This document shows positions 46,772-57,292 of a stretch of 64,000 bases of DNA, piece after piece (positions within the stretch are counted from its first letter, which is position 1; the number at the start of each line of letters is the position of its first letter). The notes under the pieces are model-generated. The model had not been told where the DNA came from. It did no database searches and saw only the letters and a program-made list of their open reading frames with translations. The stretch lies in the IMG/VR virus record IMGVR_UViG_3300042324_001267; one strand, given 5' to 3'. Source of the stretch: a virus. The position numbers and the translations under genes were made by a program.

Positions 46772-48346
46772 ATGTCACAAGCAGATATAAAACAAATAGT
46801 AGCACAGGAGTACATAAAGTGTGCAAAAGATCCGGCTTACTTCATGAAGAAGTATTGCTACATACAGCATCCAACAAGAGGTAGAATCTTATTTAACCTC
46901 TACCCATTCCAGGAAGGAGTATTACATTTATTCAGAGATGAAAAGATGTTGATAACTCTAAAATCAAGACAGTTAGGAATCTCTACATTAGCCTCGGCCT
47001 ACGCTTTATGGTTAATGATCTTTCATAAAGATAAGAACGTACTGGCATTAGCAATTACTCAAGCAACAGCTAGAAACCTTGTAACTAAGACGATTTTCAT
47101 GTATGAGAATCTACCAAAATGGTTACAGTTGCCCTTTACAGAGAAGAATAAATTATCTCTTAGACTTAAAAACGGTTCTAAAATCACAGCTAAATCATCT
47201 AATGCAGATGCTGCTCGTTCAGAAGCGGTATCGTTACTGCTAATAGATGAGGCTGCTTTCATTGATAATATTGAAGAAACATTTACTGCAGCACAACAAA
47301 CACTTGCTACAGGGGGTCAATGTATGGCTCTTTCTACTCCAAATGGTGTAGGAAACTGGTTCCATAAAACATGGGAAAAAGCTGAAGCAGGAGAGAATGG
47401 GTTTGTACCAGTTAAATTAAAATGGGATGTGCATCCTGAAAGAGCACAAGACTGGAGAGATGAACAATCAAGACAATTAGGAGAGAAACATGCCGCTCAA
47501 GAGTGTGACTGTGACTTCCTATCATCTGGAGATTCAGTAATTGAGGTTGAAAATATGGCTTTTTACGAAGAGACATATGTAAAAGAGCCGATGGAAAAGA
47601 GAGGCGTAGATGGAAATCTTTGGATATGGGAATCACCTGACTATCAAAAGTCTTATATGGTTGTTGCCGATGTCGCTAGAGGGGACTCTACTGACTACTC
47701 TGGCTTCCATGTCTTTGATATCGAAAGCTGTACACAAGTGGCAGAATATAAAGGTAAGATATCACCTAAAGAATACGGAAACGTATTGGTAGGAATAGCA
47801 ACAGAGTACTGTGATGCACTTCTAGTAATAGAGAATGCCAATATTGGATGGTCAACCATTGAACAAGTACTATCCAGAGAGTATAAAAACCTATACTATT
47901 CATCAAGATCAGATAATGAGACAGTTGAATCGTATATGGCTAAGTACGAAAGAGATAAATTAGTACCTGGATTCACAATGTCTCTTAAAACAAGACCTCT
48001 GGTAATAGCTAAAATGACTGAATACATACGGGAAAGATCGGTTATAGTGCAATCTAAGAGGTTATTAGCCGAAATGAGAGTATTCATATGGAGAAATGGT
48101 AAAGCACAGGCACAATCGGGGTATAACGACGATTTAATTATGGCTTTTGCAACAGCTTTATATGTTAGAGATACAGCTATTCGTATGAGACAACAAGGAA
48201 TGGATCTTTCAAGAGCTACAATGAATGCTTTTGTTGGATTGAATCAAAGAGATCCTGGCGTATATAACGTTGCTCCTATGCAGAATAATCCTTATCTTAT
48301 GGAAACGCCATATGGTCAAGAGGACTTAACCTGGCTAATAAGATAA
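46772..48346 (+). CDS. terL: Terminase large subunit (T4 gp17-like)
   Basis: KSRQLGIST Walker A, LLIDEAAF Walker B, STPNG, ADVARG..DYS and DDL nuclease motifs. Confidence 0.95.
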   Translation: MSQADIKQIVAQEYIKCAKDPAYFMKKYCYIQHPTRGRILFNLYPFQEGVLHLFRDEKMLITLKSRQLGISTLASAYALWLMIFHKDKNVLALAITQATARNLVTKTIFMYENLPKWLQLPFTEKNKLSLRLKNGSKITAKSSNADAARSEAVSLLLIDEAAFIDNIEETFTAAQQTLATGGQCMALSTPNGVGNWFHKTWEKAEAGENGFVPVKLKWDVHPERAQDWRDEQSRQLGEKHAAQECDCDFLSSGDSVIEVENMAFYEETYVKEPMEKRGVDGNLWIWESPDYQKSYMVVADVARGDSTDYSGFHVFDIESCTQVAEYKGKISPKEYGNVLVGIATEYCDALLVIENANIGWSTIEQVLSREYKNLYYSSRSDNETVESYMAKYERDKLVPGFTMSLKTRPLVIAKMTEYIRERSVIVQSKRLLAEMRVFIWRNGKAQAQSGYNDDLIMAFATALYVRDTAIRMRQQGMDLSRATMNAFVGLNQRDPGVYNVAPMQNNPYLMETPYGQEDLTWLIR

Positions 48347-48375
48347 GTTACTATTTATAAATAAAACATTTTAAA

Positions 48376-50229
48376 ATGGCAGAAAGAAATTTATTTAACT
48401 CTCTCCAGAGATTATTCTCGACTGATATATTAGTTAGAAACGTAGGAGGGGATGAGTTGAAGATTGCTGATATTAATCACATACAATCAACAGGGAAATA
48501 TCAAACCAATTCACTATTGGATAGATTCTCTCGTCTATATATTTACAATAATAAAAATATATTTAACCCAAACCTTAATTACCAGACATTAAGGATACAA
48601 CTTTACTCAGACTATGAAGCAATGGATTCAGATCCACTTATTGCTTCCACTCTAGATATACTAGCAGATGAGTCTACACTAAAGAGTGCAATGGGAGAGG
48701 TTCTTTCTATTAAATCTACAGACGAAAACATACAAAGAGTCCTTTATAATTTATATTACGATGTATTGAACATCGAATTTAACCTATGGTCATGGGTTAG
48801 AAATATGTGTAAGTACGGGGACTTCTTTTTAAAATTAGAAATATCAGAAAAATTTGGTGTTTATAATGTTCTTCCTTATACAGTTTACCATATGGTAAGA
48901 CATGAAGGGATGGATAAAGAAGATCCAACTAAAGTAACATTCTCAATCGATCCAGACGGATTAGCTTCTTCATCAGATCCAAACTATATTCCAAATAATA
49001 GTAAGTCAGTTATCGCTTTAGATAATTACGAAGTAGCCCATTTCAGATTACTATCAGATACAAACTACCTTCCTTATGGTAGAGCTTATATTGAACCAGC
49101 TAGAAAAATTTACAAGCAATTGACTTTAATGGAGGATGCAATGTTGATTCACAGAATCATGAGAGCTCCTGAGAAGAGAATGTTCTACATTAACGTAGGA
49201 TCTATTCCACCAAACGAAGTTGAGCAGTTCATGCAAAAAACAATTAACAATATTAAGAAAACTCCATATGTAGATCCACAAACAGGTCAATATAACTTGA
49301 AATTCAACATGCAAAACATGATGGAGGATTTCTACTTACCGGTTAGAGGAGGAGATACATCTACAAGAATTGAGACTACTAAAGGATTGGAGTATGATGG
49401 TACAAACGATATCGAATACTTAAGAGATAAGATGTTTGCAGCACTAAAAGTGCCAAAAGCATATTTTGGATTTGAAAAAGACCTTACAGGTAAAGCAACT
49501 CTTGCAGCAGAAGATATTCGTTTTGCTAGAACAGTAGAAAGAATTCAAAGAATTGTAGAAAGTGAATTAACTAAAATTGGTTTAGTACATTTATACTCGC
49601 AAGGATTCGACAAAGAGTCTTTAGTAAACTTTGAAATTAAATTAACTACTCCTTCTATCATTTATGAACAAGAAAAAGTAGCTCTTTGGAAAGAGAAAGT
49701 TGACTTAGCAACTCAAATGCAAGCAACCAAACTATTCTCTTCAGACTATATCTACGATATGTTATTTGATATCTCAGAAGATAAGTATAACGAAATGAGA
49801 GAACTTATTAGAGAGGATGCTAAAAGAGAGTTTAGAATATCTCAAATTGAAAACGAAGGAAATGATCCAGTAGCTACAGGACAGTCTTTTGGAACACCTC
49901 ACGATTTAGCTTCAATATACGGAAGAGAACAAGGAGAATTACCAGCAGGGTATGACGAAACTAAACCTGGAAGACCTAGAGAGAAAATGTCTATACTAGG
50001 CACAAATGCAGACCCTGTAGGAGGAAGAGATAGACTAGGAGTTCAAGGAATGAAAGGCGGCTTTCCAAGTGATAATGAAAATGTAAAAGAAAACATAAAC
50101 AATACAATGTCAGTTTTTCTTAGAAACAAGAATATATTTATTCCTAAAAAGCAAAATATCTTTGAAGAAGAAGCAGAGAAAGAATCGGATCTCTTAAATG
50201 AAGAGAATATTAAAGATTTAGATAATTAA
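48376..50229 (+). CDS. Portal protein (T4 gp20-like)
   Basis: LMEDAMLIHRIMRAPEKRMFYINVG, MEDFYLPVRGG, ALKVP. Confidence 0.95.
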   Translation: MAERNLFNSLQRLFSTDILVRNVGGDELKIADINHIQSTGKYQTNSLLDRFSRLYIYNNKNIFNPNLNYQTLRIQLYSDYEAMDSDPLIASTLDILADESTLKSAMGEVLSIKSTDENIQRVLYNLYYDVLNIEFNLWSWVRNMCKYGDFFLKLEISEKFGVYNVLPYTVYHMVRHEGMDKEDPTKVTFSIDPDGLASSSDPNYIPNNSKSVIALDNYEVAHFRLLSDTNYLPYGRAYIEPARKIYKQLTLMEDAMLIHRIMRAPEKRMFYINVGSIPPNEVEQFMQKTINNIKKTPYVDPQTGQYNLKFNMQNMMEDFYLPVRGGDTSTRIETTKGLEYDGTNDIEYLRDKMFAALKVPKAYFGFEKDLTGKATLAAEDIRFARTVERIQRIVESELTKIGLVHLYSQGFDKESLVNFEIKLTTPSIIYEQEKVALWKEKVDLATQMQATKLFSSDYIYDMLFDISEDKYNEMRELIREDAKREFRISQIENEGNDPVATGQSFGTPHDLASIYGREQGELPAGYDETKPGRPREKMSILGTNADPVGGRDRLGVQGMKGGFPSDNENVKENINNTMSVFLRNKNIFIPKKQNIFEEEAEKESDLLNEENIKDLDN

Positions 50230-50258
50230 GCACTATTTATAACAAAGACATACCTAAG

Positions 50259-51113
50259 ATGCGTATTAAACACAGTAAGTATAAAAACACAGGCTTAATA
50301 TTTGAACTATTAGTAAAGCAAATAGCAGCGGATACCTTATCTAAAAGAGATTCCCCGGCATTGACAGTACTAAGAAAATTTTATACAGGAAACACAACAC
50401 TAGTAAGAGAGTTTAAATTATACGATTTTGTACTAAAAAATAAAGGCATTGGCCCTAAAAAAGCAGAATCAATACTAAGCACCATTGTAGAGATTTCTAG
50501 AAAACTAGATGCAAAATCTCTTAGTAAGCAAAAATATGAGCTTATAAAAGAACTTAAGAGTCATTACGATTTAGAGGAGTTCTTTTCTATTAAGGTAGAA
50601 GCATATAAGCCTCTAGCAGCTTTATATTGTTTAATGGAAGCACAAAATGCAGCAGAACTTGTAGACCTAGATGTATTTGTTGACAATAAAACTACAATAC
50701 TTGAGCACTTAACTCAAAGTAAAACAGCAGCCGGTCAAGTAAAAAATGCTTTAATTGAAGAGTATTCTAAATATGATAAAGATTTAAGACTTTTAACATA
50801 TAAAATATTACTAGAGAAATTTAATCACCAATATAAAGATTTACTTCCAGAACAGAAAAACATCTTGAAGGAATTTATAGTATCAGTTAACTCTTCTACA
50901 AGACTAAGAAACGTAGTAAATGAAGAAATGACTAAATTACAAGTAGAGATTTCTAAATTAAAAAAGAATATTACTGATAAAGTAGTAAAAATTAAATTAG
51001 AAGAGATTCAAAAAGTAATTATTCCTATAAAAAATACACAAAAAGTAGATGATAATCATTTAGTTTCATTAATGCAGTACTATGAATTAGTAAATGAATT
51101 AAGAAATCTATGA
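50259..51113 (+). CDS. Helical head-module hypothetical protein
   Basis: Between portal and protease. Confidence 0.65.
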   Translation: MRIKHSKYKNTGLIFELLVKQIAADTLSKRDSPALTVLRKFYTGNTTLVREFKLYDFVLKNKGIGPKKAESILSTIVEISRKLDAKSLSKQKYELIKELKSHYDLEEFFSIKVEAYKPLAALYCLMEAQNAAELVDLDVFVDNKTTILEHLTQSKTAAGQVKNALIEEYSKYDKDLRLLTYKILLEKFNHQYKDLLPEQKNILKEFIVSVNSSTRLRNVVNEEMTKLQVEISKLKKNITDKVVKIKLEEIQKVIIPIKNTQKVDDNHLVSLMQYYELVNELRNL

Positions 51114-51331
51114 AAAGATCAGAAGTACTAAAAGCAATACAGGAAGTATTGGCAGAAATGTCAACAACAGCAGGTATGGCAGTACCATCAACTCCATTTG
51201 CTTTTTCTAAAAAAGGACAAGGTAAAAATACAGCTACTAAAACAGCTGAAAAATTAGGTTATAAAACAGTTGAAAGACCTAAACGTCCTTCACACACAAA
51301 AATGTTTGATTACTTAGACGAAAATAAATAA
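51110..51331 (+). CDS. Leader-bearing small protein
   Basis: MKRSEVLKAIQEVLAE|MSTT. Confidence 0.65.
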   Translation: MKRSEVLKAIQEVLAEMSTTAGMAVPSTPFAFSKKGQGKNTATKTAEKLGYKTVERPKRPSHTKMFDYLDENK

Positions 51332-51332
51332 T

Positions 51333-52310
51333 ATGAGAACTTTACAAGAAAAATATAACGGAATTCAAGAGGGAAAATTCTCTAAAGAACATTTCTTAGC
51401 TGAAGCTAGAATGCAACTTCCAAACTTAATAACTCGTTTCAATGGATACGATGATGCTGTTCAGATTTTAAAGAACAGAGGAATGATTCAGGAAGCTAGA
51501 GTAGAAGAAGCTAGACTTACTAAAAACAATCTAACAGATTACAGATTCAAACCAACTAACGAAATGGATAAGTATCCATACGAACAGATTCTTAGAGGAA
51601 TCAGAGTTGAGTTAGAGGTAGCAGGGGTTCTTGGAACACCAACAGCAGAAGAATATTCAAAAGCATTAGTAAAAGTATCTAAAAACTTAGCAAAAGATTC
51701 TATATTCTATACAAACCAGTTAGCAGGAGTTAATCCAAAAGTGGATCTTCATGATAAAATGGTACCTGTAACAGCAAAAAACACTGTAGATGTTTTTAAC
51801 GGTATGAAAAAAGCTGAATTAAAAGAAGGCTTTAAAAAACTAATTAAAAAAGTATTATCTGAAGAGGTAATGGATGTTGAAAGCTATAAAGAAGACGAAG
51901 TATACGAAATGTACGGAGAAGATGAAGCAGATGACATTCCACATCCAAGAGGATACGAAGACCAAGACGAAATCGACTACGATGACGAAAACTTCTCAGA
52001 TCCTTTCATTGATGACCCAGATTTTCAATTTGAATCAACAGATACTGAAGCTGACAAAGATATGGTTCGTAAATTAATGACCATGTACGAAACAGAGCCT
52101 TCTAAATTTGAAAAATTACACAAGCAAGCACAAACTCAAGCATCTACTTCTAAAGATATTAAATTTAAACATTTATTATCTCTAATTGATAGAGCTAAAG
52201 CAGGAGCTTTACAGAGTTTATCTAATCAAGATAAAGCACAAGCTGATAGTGAAGGAATGGATGAAGATCTTTACAAAGGAAAAAAATCGTTATCTGAATT
52301 ATTAAAATAA
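51333..52310 (+). CDS. Putative prohead core protein
   Basis: Multiple IQE/VEE/LKE sites, internal FKKLIKKVLSEE, acidic tract. Confidence 0.6.
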   Translation: MRTLQEKYNGIQEGKFSKEHFLAEARMQLPNLITRFNGYDDAVQILKNRGMIQEARVEEARLTKNNLTDYRFKPTNEMDKYPYEQILRGIRVELEVAGVLGTPTAEEYSKALVKVSKNLAKDSIFYTNQLAGVNPKVDLHDKMVPVTAKNTVDVFNGMKKAELKEGFKKLIKKVLSEEVMDVESYKEDEVYEMYGEDEADDIPHPRGYEDQDEIDYDDENFSDPFIDDPDFQFESTDTEADKDMVRKLMTMYETEPSKFEKLHKQAQTQASTSKDIKFKHLLSLIDRAKAGALQSLSNQDKAQADSEGMDEDLYKGKKSLSELLK

Positions 52311-52315
52311 GAAAG

Positions 52316-52894
52316 ATGAACAATTTATTAGTAAATGTAACTCCTTTCAAAGGAATGCTTACCGAATCAAAGGCTAAACCCGGAGTATTCGAAGTAACAG
52401 GCATTATGCAGAGAGCAGGAGCTAAGAATCAAAACGGAAGAATCTACAAAAGAGAAATTCTTGAAGAAGAAGTAAAAAATTATGTAGAGAATTTTGTTAA
52501 GATAGGAAATGCATACGGAGAATTAGATCATCCAGAATCAGCAATTGTCTCTTTAAAAAACGCATCACACGTTGTAAAAGACTTATGGTGGGATGGAGAT
52601 GACTTGATGGGTAAAGTTGAATTACTAAATACACCCTCAGGAAATATCGTAAAAGAAATATTAAGAGGAGGACATACAATTGGAATCTCTTCAAGAGGAA
52701 CAGGATCAGTATCACAAACCAATGAAGGAACTTTAATGGTACAGGATGATTTTGAATTAGTATGTTGGGATTTCGTTTCTAATCCATCAACACAAGGAGC
52801 TTTTATGAATCCAATTTCACTAAACGAAGGAAAACAATCAGTAGGAAAATACGATAGATTAGATTCTATTATTAACAATATATTAAGAGCATAA
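52316..52894 (+). CDS. Prohead protease (T4 gp21-like)
   Basis: NQNGRIY, GELDHP, ASH, GISSRGTG, DFVSNPS. Confidence 0.95.
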   Translation: MNNLLVNVTPFKGMLTESKAKPGVFEVTGIMQRAGAKNQNGRIYKREILEEEVKNYVENFVKIGNAYGELDHPESAIVSLKNASHVVKDLWWDGDDLMGKVELLNTPSGNIVKEILRGGHTIGISSRGTGSVSQTNEGTLMVQDDFELVCWDFVSNPSTQGAFMNPISLNEGKQSVGKYDRLDSIINNILRA

Positions 52895-53133
52895 TGGAAA
52901 ATAATTTCGACATACACAATTGGCAAGCTAAACACTTGACAAAATTACTAAAAGAAAATACAGTGCAAGAAGGAGGAGGATACGTAGAAGTGATGGGACC
53001 TCGTTTTGATGAAGCAATAGAAGCAATACAATTAGCTTGGGAAGAATGGAAAAACGGACCTATGACAGAGCCAGAAGATATTCCTCAAGCAAAGCAAGAC
53101 ATATTAGACTACATAGTAAGTCTTTTAAAATAA
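52894..53133 (+). CDS. Small hypothetical protein
   Basis: NFDIHNW..LLKE|N, VQE|G. Confidence 0.6.
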   Translation: MENNFDIHNWQAKHLTKLLKENTVQEGGGYVEVMGPRFDEAIEAIQLAWEEWKNGPMTEPEDIPQAKQDILDYIVSLLK

Positions 53134-53139
53134 AAACAC

Positions 53140-53166
53140 AGCCCACCCCATAAAGGTGGGTTTTTT
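53140..53166 (+). terminator. Intrinsic terminator
   Basis: AGCCCACC..GGTGGGT + T-run, near copy of 46709 hairpin. Confidence 0.8.
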
Positions 53167-53291
53167 ATGTTTTAAAAATATATGTATATTTATTTAAGAA
53201 TATATCACGATCCTTATGTGATATCTACTACAAAGTAAAACATTATTACGCTACTACTTAATAAGCGTACGACAAACAAACACAAATTAAA

Positions 53292-54680
53292 ATGTCAAAC
53301 AAAGATTTATTAAAGCAAGCTATTGCTGAAGCGAAAACTATTCGTGAAGCTGCAATTGCCAACGCTAAAGAAGCTTTAGAAGAAACATTAACTCCACACT
53401 TAAAAGAAATGCTTGCTCAAAAGTTGCAAGAAATGGAAGATAAAGAAGATGAGGTAGTTGAAGAAAACATCTATGAAGCTGAAGAAGAAGAGGTAGAAGC
53501 AGGAGAAGGAGAAGAAGGAGCTGAAGAAGAAGCTGGTGAAGAAGAAGAAGGTAACGAAGAAGAAGAATTAGAAATCGAAGATATGTCTGTTGAAGACTTG
53601 AAAGATCTAATTAGAGATATCGTTGCACAAGAAGTAGGTCATGACGAATCAGAAGAAGAATTACCAGGCGAAGAAGCTCCAGCAGGAGAAGAAGATATGG
53701 TAAGTATGGATGGTGATTCAGAAGAGATCGATATTAACGAATTATTAGCAGAATTGGACGAAATGGACAAGGAAGAGGTTAAAGAAGAGAACATAAACGA
53801 AATGGGACCGGAGTATATCGAAGGAGCAGCACAGCTTGTTGAAATGTTTCCATTCTTAACTATGCAAACCGCATCATTAGTTATAGGAGCACTTGGTGCA
53901 GCAGGTCTAGCAGGATTTTCTGCAATTGCTGCTAAAGTAATGGATATGGCCCTAGCAGGTAAATTTGGAACAACAGGTAAAGCTTTTGCTGAAAAATTAC
54001 AAGCAGCAGGTGGTGCAGCAGCCAAAGTTACCCAAAACAGAGAAGGTGTTGAAGCAGTAAATGAAGAAGAAAATATAGATGAAAATATCGATATTATCTA
54101 TCAACTTATTGATGCTTTCCCATTCTTAACTAACCAAACTGCACAATTAGTAGTTGGAGCTTTAGGAGCAGCAGGTCTTACAGGATTATCTGCTATCATG
54201 GCTAAAGTACACGAAATGGCTAAAAACGGAGTTTTTGGTGAAAAAGGAAAACAAATCGGAGATAAATTATCCGATGTTGGTAGTGCAGCAGCAGGAGCAA
54301 GAAACGTATCTGAAGAGTCTGAAGAATTAAACGAAGCTTTAAAGACAGTTAAAATCTTAAGAAACCAACTTCAAGAAGTTAATCTTCTAAATGCAAAATT
54401 ACTTTATGTAAATAAAGTATTCAAATCAACTAACTTATCTGAAGGTCAAAAAGTAAATGTTATCGCAGCATTTGACAAAGCCGAAACAGTTAAGGAAGTA
54501 AAATTAGTTTTCGAAACAGTTTCTAAAAATGTAGTTACTAAACCAGCCGCATTAAAAGAGCACAGATCTTTTGCTTCTAAAGCAACAGGTAACGCAAACA
54601 CAACTGCACCAAAAGAAATCTTATCAGAAGTATCTGAGCAAGTATCAAGATGGCAGAAGTTAGCAGGAATTATTAAATAA
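53292..54680 (+). CDS. Prohead scaffold protein (gp22-like position) with hydrophobic insert
   Basis: Acidic coiled-coil protein between protease and capsid genes; C-terminal RWQKLAGI. Confidence 0.75.
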   Translation: MSNKDLLKQAIAEAKTIREAAIANAKEALEETLTPHLKEMLAQKLQEMEDKEDEVVEENIYEAEEEEVEAGEGEEGAEEEAGEEEEGNEEEELEIEDMSVEDLKDLIRDIVAQEVGHDESEEELPGEEAPAGEEDMVSMDGDSEEIDINELLAELDEMDKEEVKEENINEMGPEYIEGAAQLVEMFPFLTMQTASLVIGALGAAGLAGFSAIAAKVMDMALAGKFGTTGKAFAEKLQAAGGAAAKVTQNREGVEAVNEEENIDENIDIIYQLIDAFPFLTNQTAQLVVGALGAAGLTGLSAIMAKVHEMAKNGVFGEKGKQIGDKLSDVGSAAAGARNVSEESEELNEALKTVKILRNQLQEVNLLNAKLLYVNKVFKSTNLSEGQKVNVIAAFDKAETVKEVKLVFETVSKNVVTKPAALKEHRSFASKATGNANTTAPKEILSEVSEQVSRWQKLAGIIK

Positions 54681-54706
54681 AAAAATAAAAAACACAAAAA
54701 ACCACA

Positions 54707-56332
54707 ATGGAATTAAATCAATTATTCGAAGGGGCGAACAACTATAAGACTTTACAAGCTGATGCAGCTCGTTTGTCTGGTAAATGGGCCAAATCAGGTT
54801 TGTTAGAAGGAATTTCTAACGAAATCGAAAGAAACAACATGGCTATGATTCTTGAGAATCAAGCAAAACAAATCGTATCAGAAAATACTACAGGTACAGG
54901 TGCAATGGGTACTTCTACAGGTGGTGCTGAGCAATGGGCTGGAGTAGCTTTACCATTAGTACGTAAAGTATTCGCTCAAATCGCAGCTAAAGATTTCGTT
55001 TCTGTACAACCAATGAACTTACCTTCAGGACTTGTATTTTACTTAGACTTTAAATACGGTACAAACGCAGTAGGTAGAACAGACGGGGATAACCTTTACG
55101 GTAACGTTTCTACAGCTAACTCTAAAATTGGAGTAGATGTTGATCCATCAGGAGGTTTATACGGAGCAGGTCAATTTGGTTACTCAATCAACTCTGCATC
55201 TTCTGCAGGAGTTTACAGTACTACTGGATCAGCAGTATCTTCTTCTATCGCATACCAAGATGGAATAAATCCTTCAAACTATTTTACATTAGCATTCGGA
55301 ACAGGAAGTATCGCAGGATTCGATCCTAAAGGTGTTAGAGCATTCAGACTTTACTCTGCTTCAGTAGATGTAACTTCTAACCCAGAACTTACTTTCTTAT
55401 CTTCTTCTGCAGCAGGAGAATATGTGAAATTCGTAGGATTAGCATCAGGAATCACTACAGGATCTTTCACAGCTACTGTAAAATACCAAATGCAACCAAC
55501 TGACAGATCAAGAGGTGACTTCGAAGACGGAGGAACTAACCCAGCAGGAAACAACAACGGAACTATTAAAATTCCTGAAATCAACGTATCATTAGCTTCT
55601 GAAGCTATCGTTGCTAAAACAAGAAAATTAAAAGCACAATGGACTCCAGAGTTCGCACAAGATCTTAACTCTTACCATTCAATTGATGCTGAAGCAGAAT
55701 TAACTTCATTATTATCAGAGTACATCTCTATGGAGATTGACTTAGAGTTAATGGATATGTTAATCCAAGATGCAGCTACAACTGAAAGATGGTCAGCAGT
55801 TAACAACAAAAACTGGAACCCATCAACTAATGCTTGGGAAACAGGTACATTCAATGCAGGAACTAGTTTCTACAACACTCAAGGTCAATGGTTCGGAACT
55901 TTAGGTACTAAAGTACAAAAAGTATCTAACAAAATTCACCAAAAAACTTTAAGAGGTGGAGCTAACTTCTTAGTATGTTCTCCAACTGTAGCTACAATCT
56001 TAGAATCAATTCCAGGATATGCAGCAGATACAAACGGTGACAAAATGGACTTTGCAATGGGAGTTCAGAAAGTAGGTAACTTGAATTCTCGTTTCAGAGT
56101 TTACAAAAACCCTTACATGACTGAAAACGTAATCTTATTAGGTTACAGAGGATCTCAATTCTTGGAAACTGGTGCAGTTTATGCTCCATATATTCCATTA
56201 ATCATGACTCCATTAGTGTACAATCCAGAAACCTTTACACCAGTAAAAGGTATCATGACTCGTTACGCTAAGAAAATGATCAGACCAGAATTCTACGGTA
56301 AAATCTTCGTTAGCGATATCGCTACTGTATAA
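54707..56332 (+). CDS. Major capsid protein (T4 gp23-like)
   Basis: ILENQ, VQPMNLPSGLVF, AKTRKLKAQWT.E.AQDL..H..DAE.EL, YAPYIPL, P.KGIMTRY. Confidence 0.95.
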   Translation: MELNQLFEGANNYKTLQADAARLSGKWAKSGLLEGISNEIERNNMAMILENQAKQIVSENTTGTGAMGTSTGGAEQWAGVALPLVRKVFAQIAAKDFVSVQPMNLPSGLVFYLDFKYGTNAVGRTDGDNLYGNVSTANSKIGVDVDPSGGLYGAGQFGYSINSASSAGVYSTTGSAVSSSIAYQDGINPSNYFTLAFGTGSIAGFDPKGVRAFRLYSASVDVTSNPELTFLSSSAAGEYVKFVGLASGITTGSFTATVKYQMQPTDRSRGDFEDGGTNPAGNNNGTIKIPEINVSLASEAIVAKTRKLKAQWTPEFAQDLNSYHSIDAEAELTSLLSEYISMEIDLELMDMLIQDAATTERWSAVNNKNWNPSTNAWETGTFNAGTSFYNTQGQWFGTLGTKVQKVSNKIHQKTLRGGANFLVCSPTVATILESIPGYAADTNGDKMDFAMGVQKVGNLNSRFRVYKNPYMTENVILLGYRGSQFLETGAVYAPYIPLIMTPLVYNPETFTPVKGIMTRYAKKMIRPEFYGKIFVSDIATV

Positions 56333-56353
56333 TTTACTACAGAATAATAAATT

Positions 56354-56382
56354 AAAGAGAGCTAAAAGCTCTCTTTTTTTTT
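56354..56382 (+). terminator. Intrinsic terminator after capsid gene
   Basis: AAAGAGAGCT-AA-AAGCTCTCTTT + T-run. Confidence 0.85.
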
Positions 56383-56419
56383 ATAAGATAATTTCGTATA
56401 TTTATATAAAATAGATAAT

Positions 56420-57019
56420 ATGATTGTAGGAGAATTAACCTGGCAGCAATTTAGGTCTTTAGATTCAATAAGAAACTTAGACGAAAACAGGCAAATGCAG
56501 CATTACCATGAATACCTGGTATCACTTAACGAATGGACTATTCATCAAAATAAAGGTCCTATACCTTCAGCAATATCTAATTGCTTAAGTTCTTTGGAGT
56601 TTATAGTACAGTATAATGATGAATTGGGAGAATGCCCGGGAGGGCACAGCTGTGATGCAGCAACTTTTTACTTAAGAGCAAATACAACAACAGTAGGTAC
56701 AGTCTATTTAAGTAATACAGGTGGAGTAACAGATCAATTTAACTACCCGCCAGGAGAAACATCTGGACCTAATCGATATAACGTACTAACACTAACACCA
56801 GAGCAAGTTCAAGAAATAGCAACAACATCAGAAGACAGTAACATATCTCTATCTCTAATATGTGCTACCCCTATTGATGTAGACTATGGATGGGGATTAG
56901 GAGGATGTCACTCTAATGTAACATGGGTTACATTAAAACTAGACGGAACAGAGGTCTACAGCGGATGTCCAGAAAATAACTTTTTAACAATAAATCCTTG
57001 TACAGGAGTAGTAATATAG
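56420..57019 (+). CDS. Cys-rich hypothetical protein
   Basis: 199-aa ORF with several Cys. Confidence 0.65.
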   Translation: MIVGELTWQQFRSLDSIRNLDENRQMQHYHEYLVSLNEWTIHQNKGPIPSAISNCLSSLEFIVQYNDELGECPGGHSCDAATFYLRANTTTVGTVYLSNTGGVTDQFNYPPGETSGPNRYNVLTLTPEQVQEIATTSEDSNISLSLICATPIDVDYGWGLGGCHSNVTWVTLKLDGTEVYSGCPENNFLTINPCTGVVI

Positions 57020-57023
57020 TAAT

Positions 57024-57284
57024 ATGGGAAGACAAGCATCATACACTTTAGAAAACCGTACAATCAATCTAGGAGACATATTTAATGTAGAAGGAACTAG
57101 AATGATGGTCAAAGAAATATTTACACTAAATAATCAAACATATATTAGTTACGATATTGAAAAACAAGAAGGATTGTCTATTGAATTAATAGATAAATTT
57201 ATAGAAGATAAGTTTAATTACTTTAACACAGTAATTCCAAATCCAATTGCAGATACAGTCTGCGGATTAGGAGAAAAGAAATAA
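57024..57284 (+). CDS. Hypothetical protein
   Basis: ORF packing. Confidence 0.6.
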   Translation: MGRQASYTLENRTINLGDIFNVEGTRMMVKEIFTLNNQTYISYDIEKQEGLSIELIDKFIEDKFNYFNTVIPNPIADTVCGLGEKK

Positions 57285-57292
57285 ACAACAGA

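Noticed and set aside
46772-56332. Introns or inteins in terminase, portal or capsid
   Set aside because: ORFs are continuous with typical lengths and show no intein terminal motifs.
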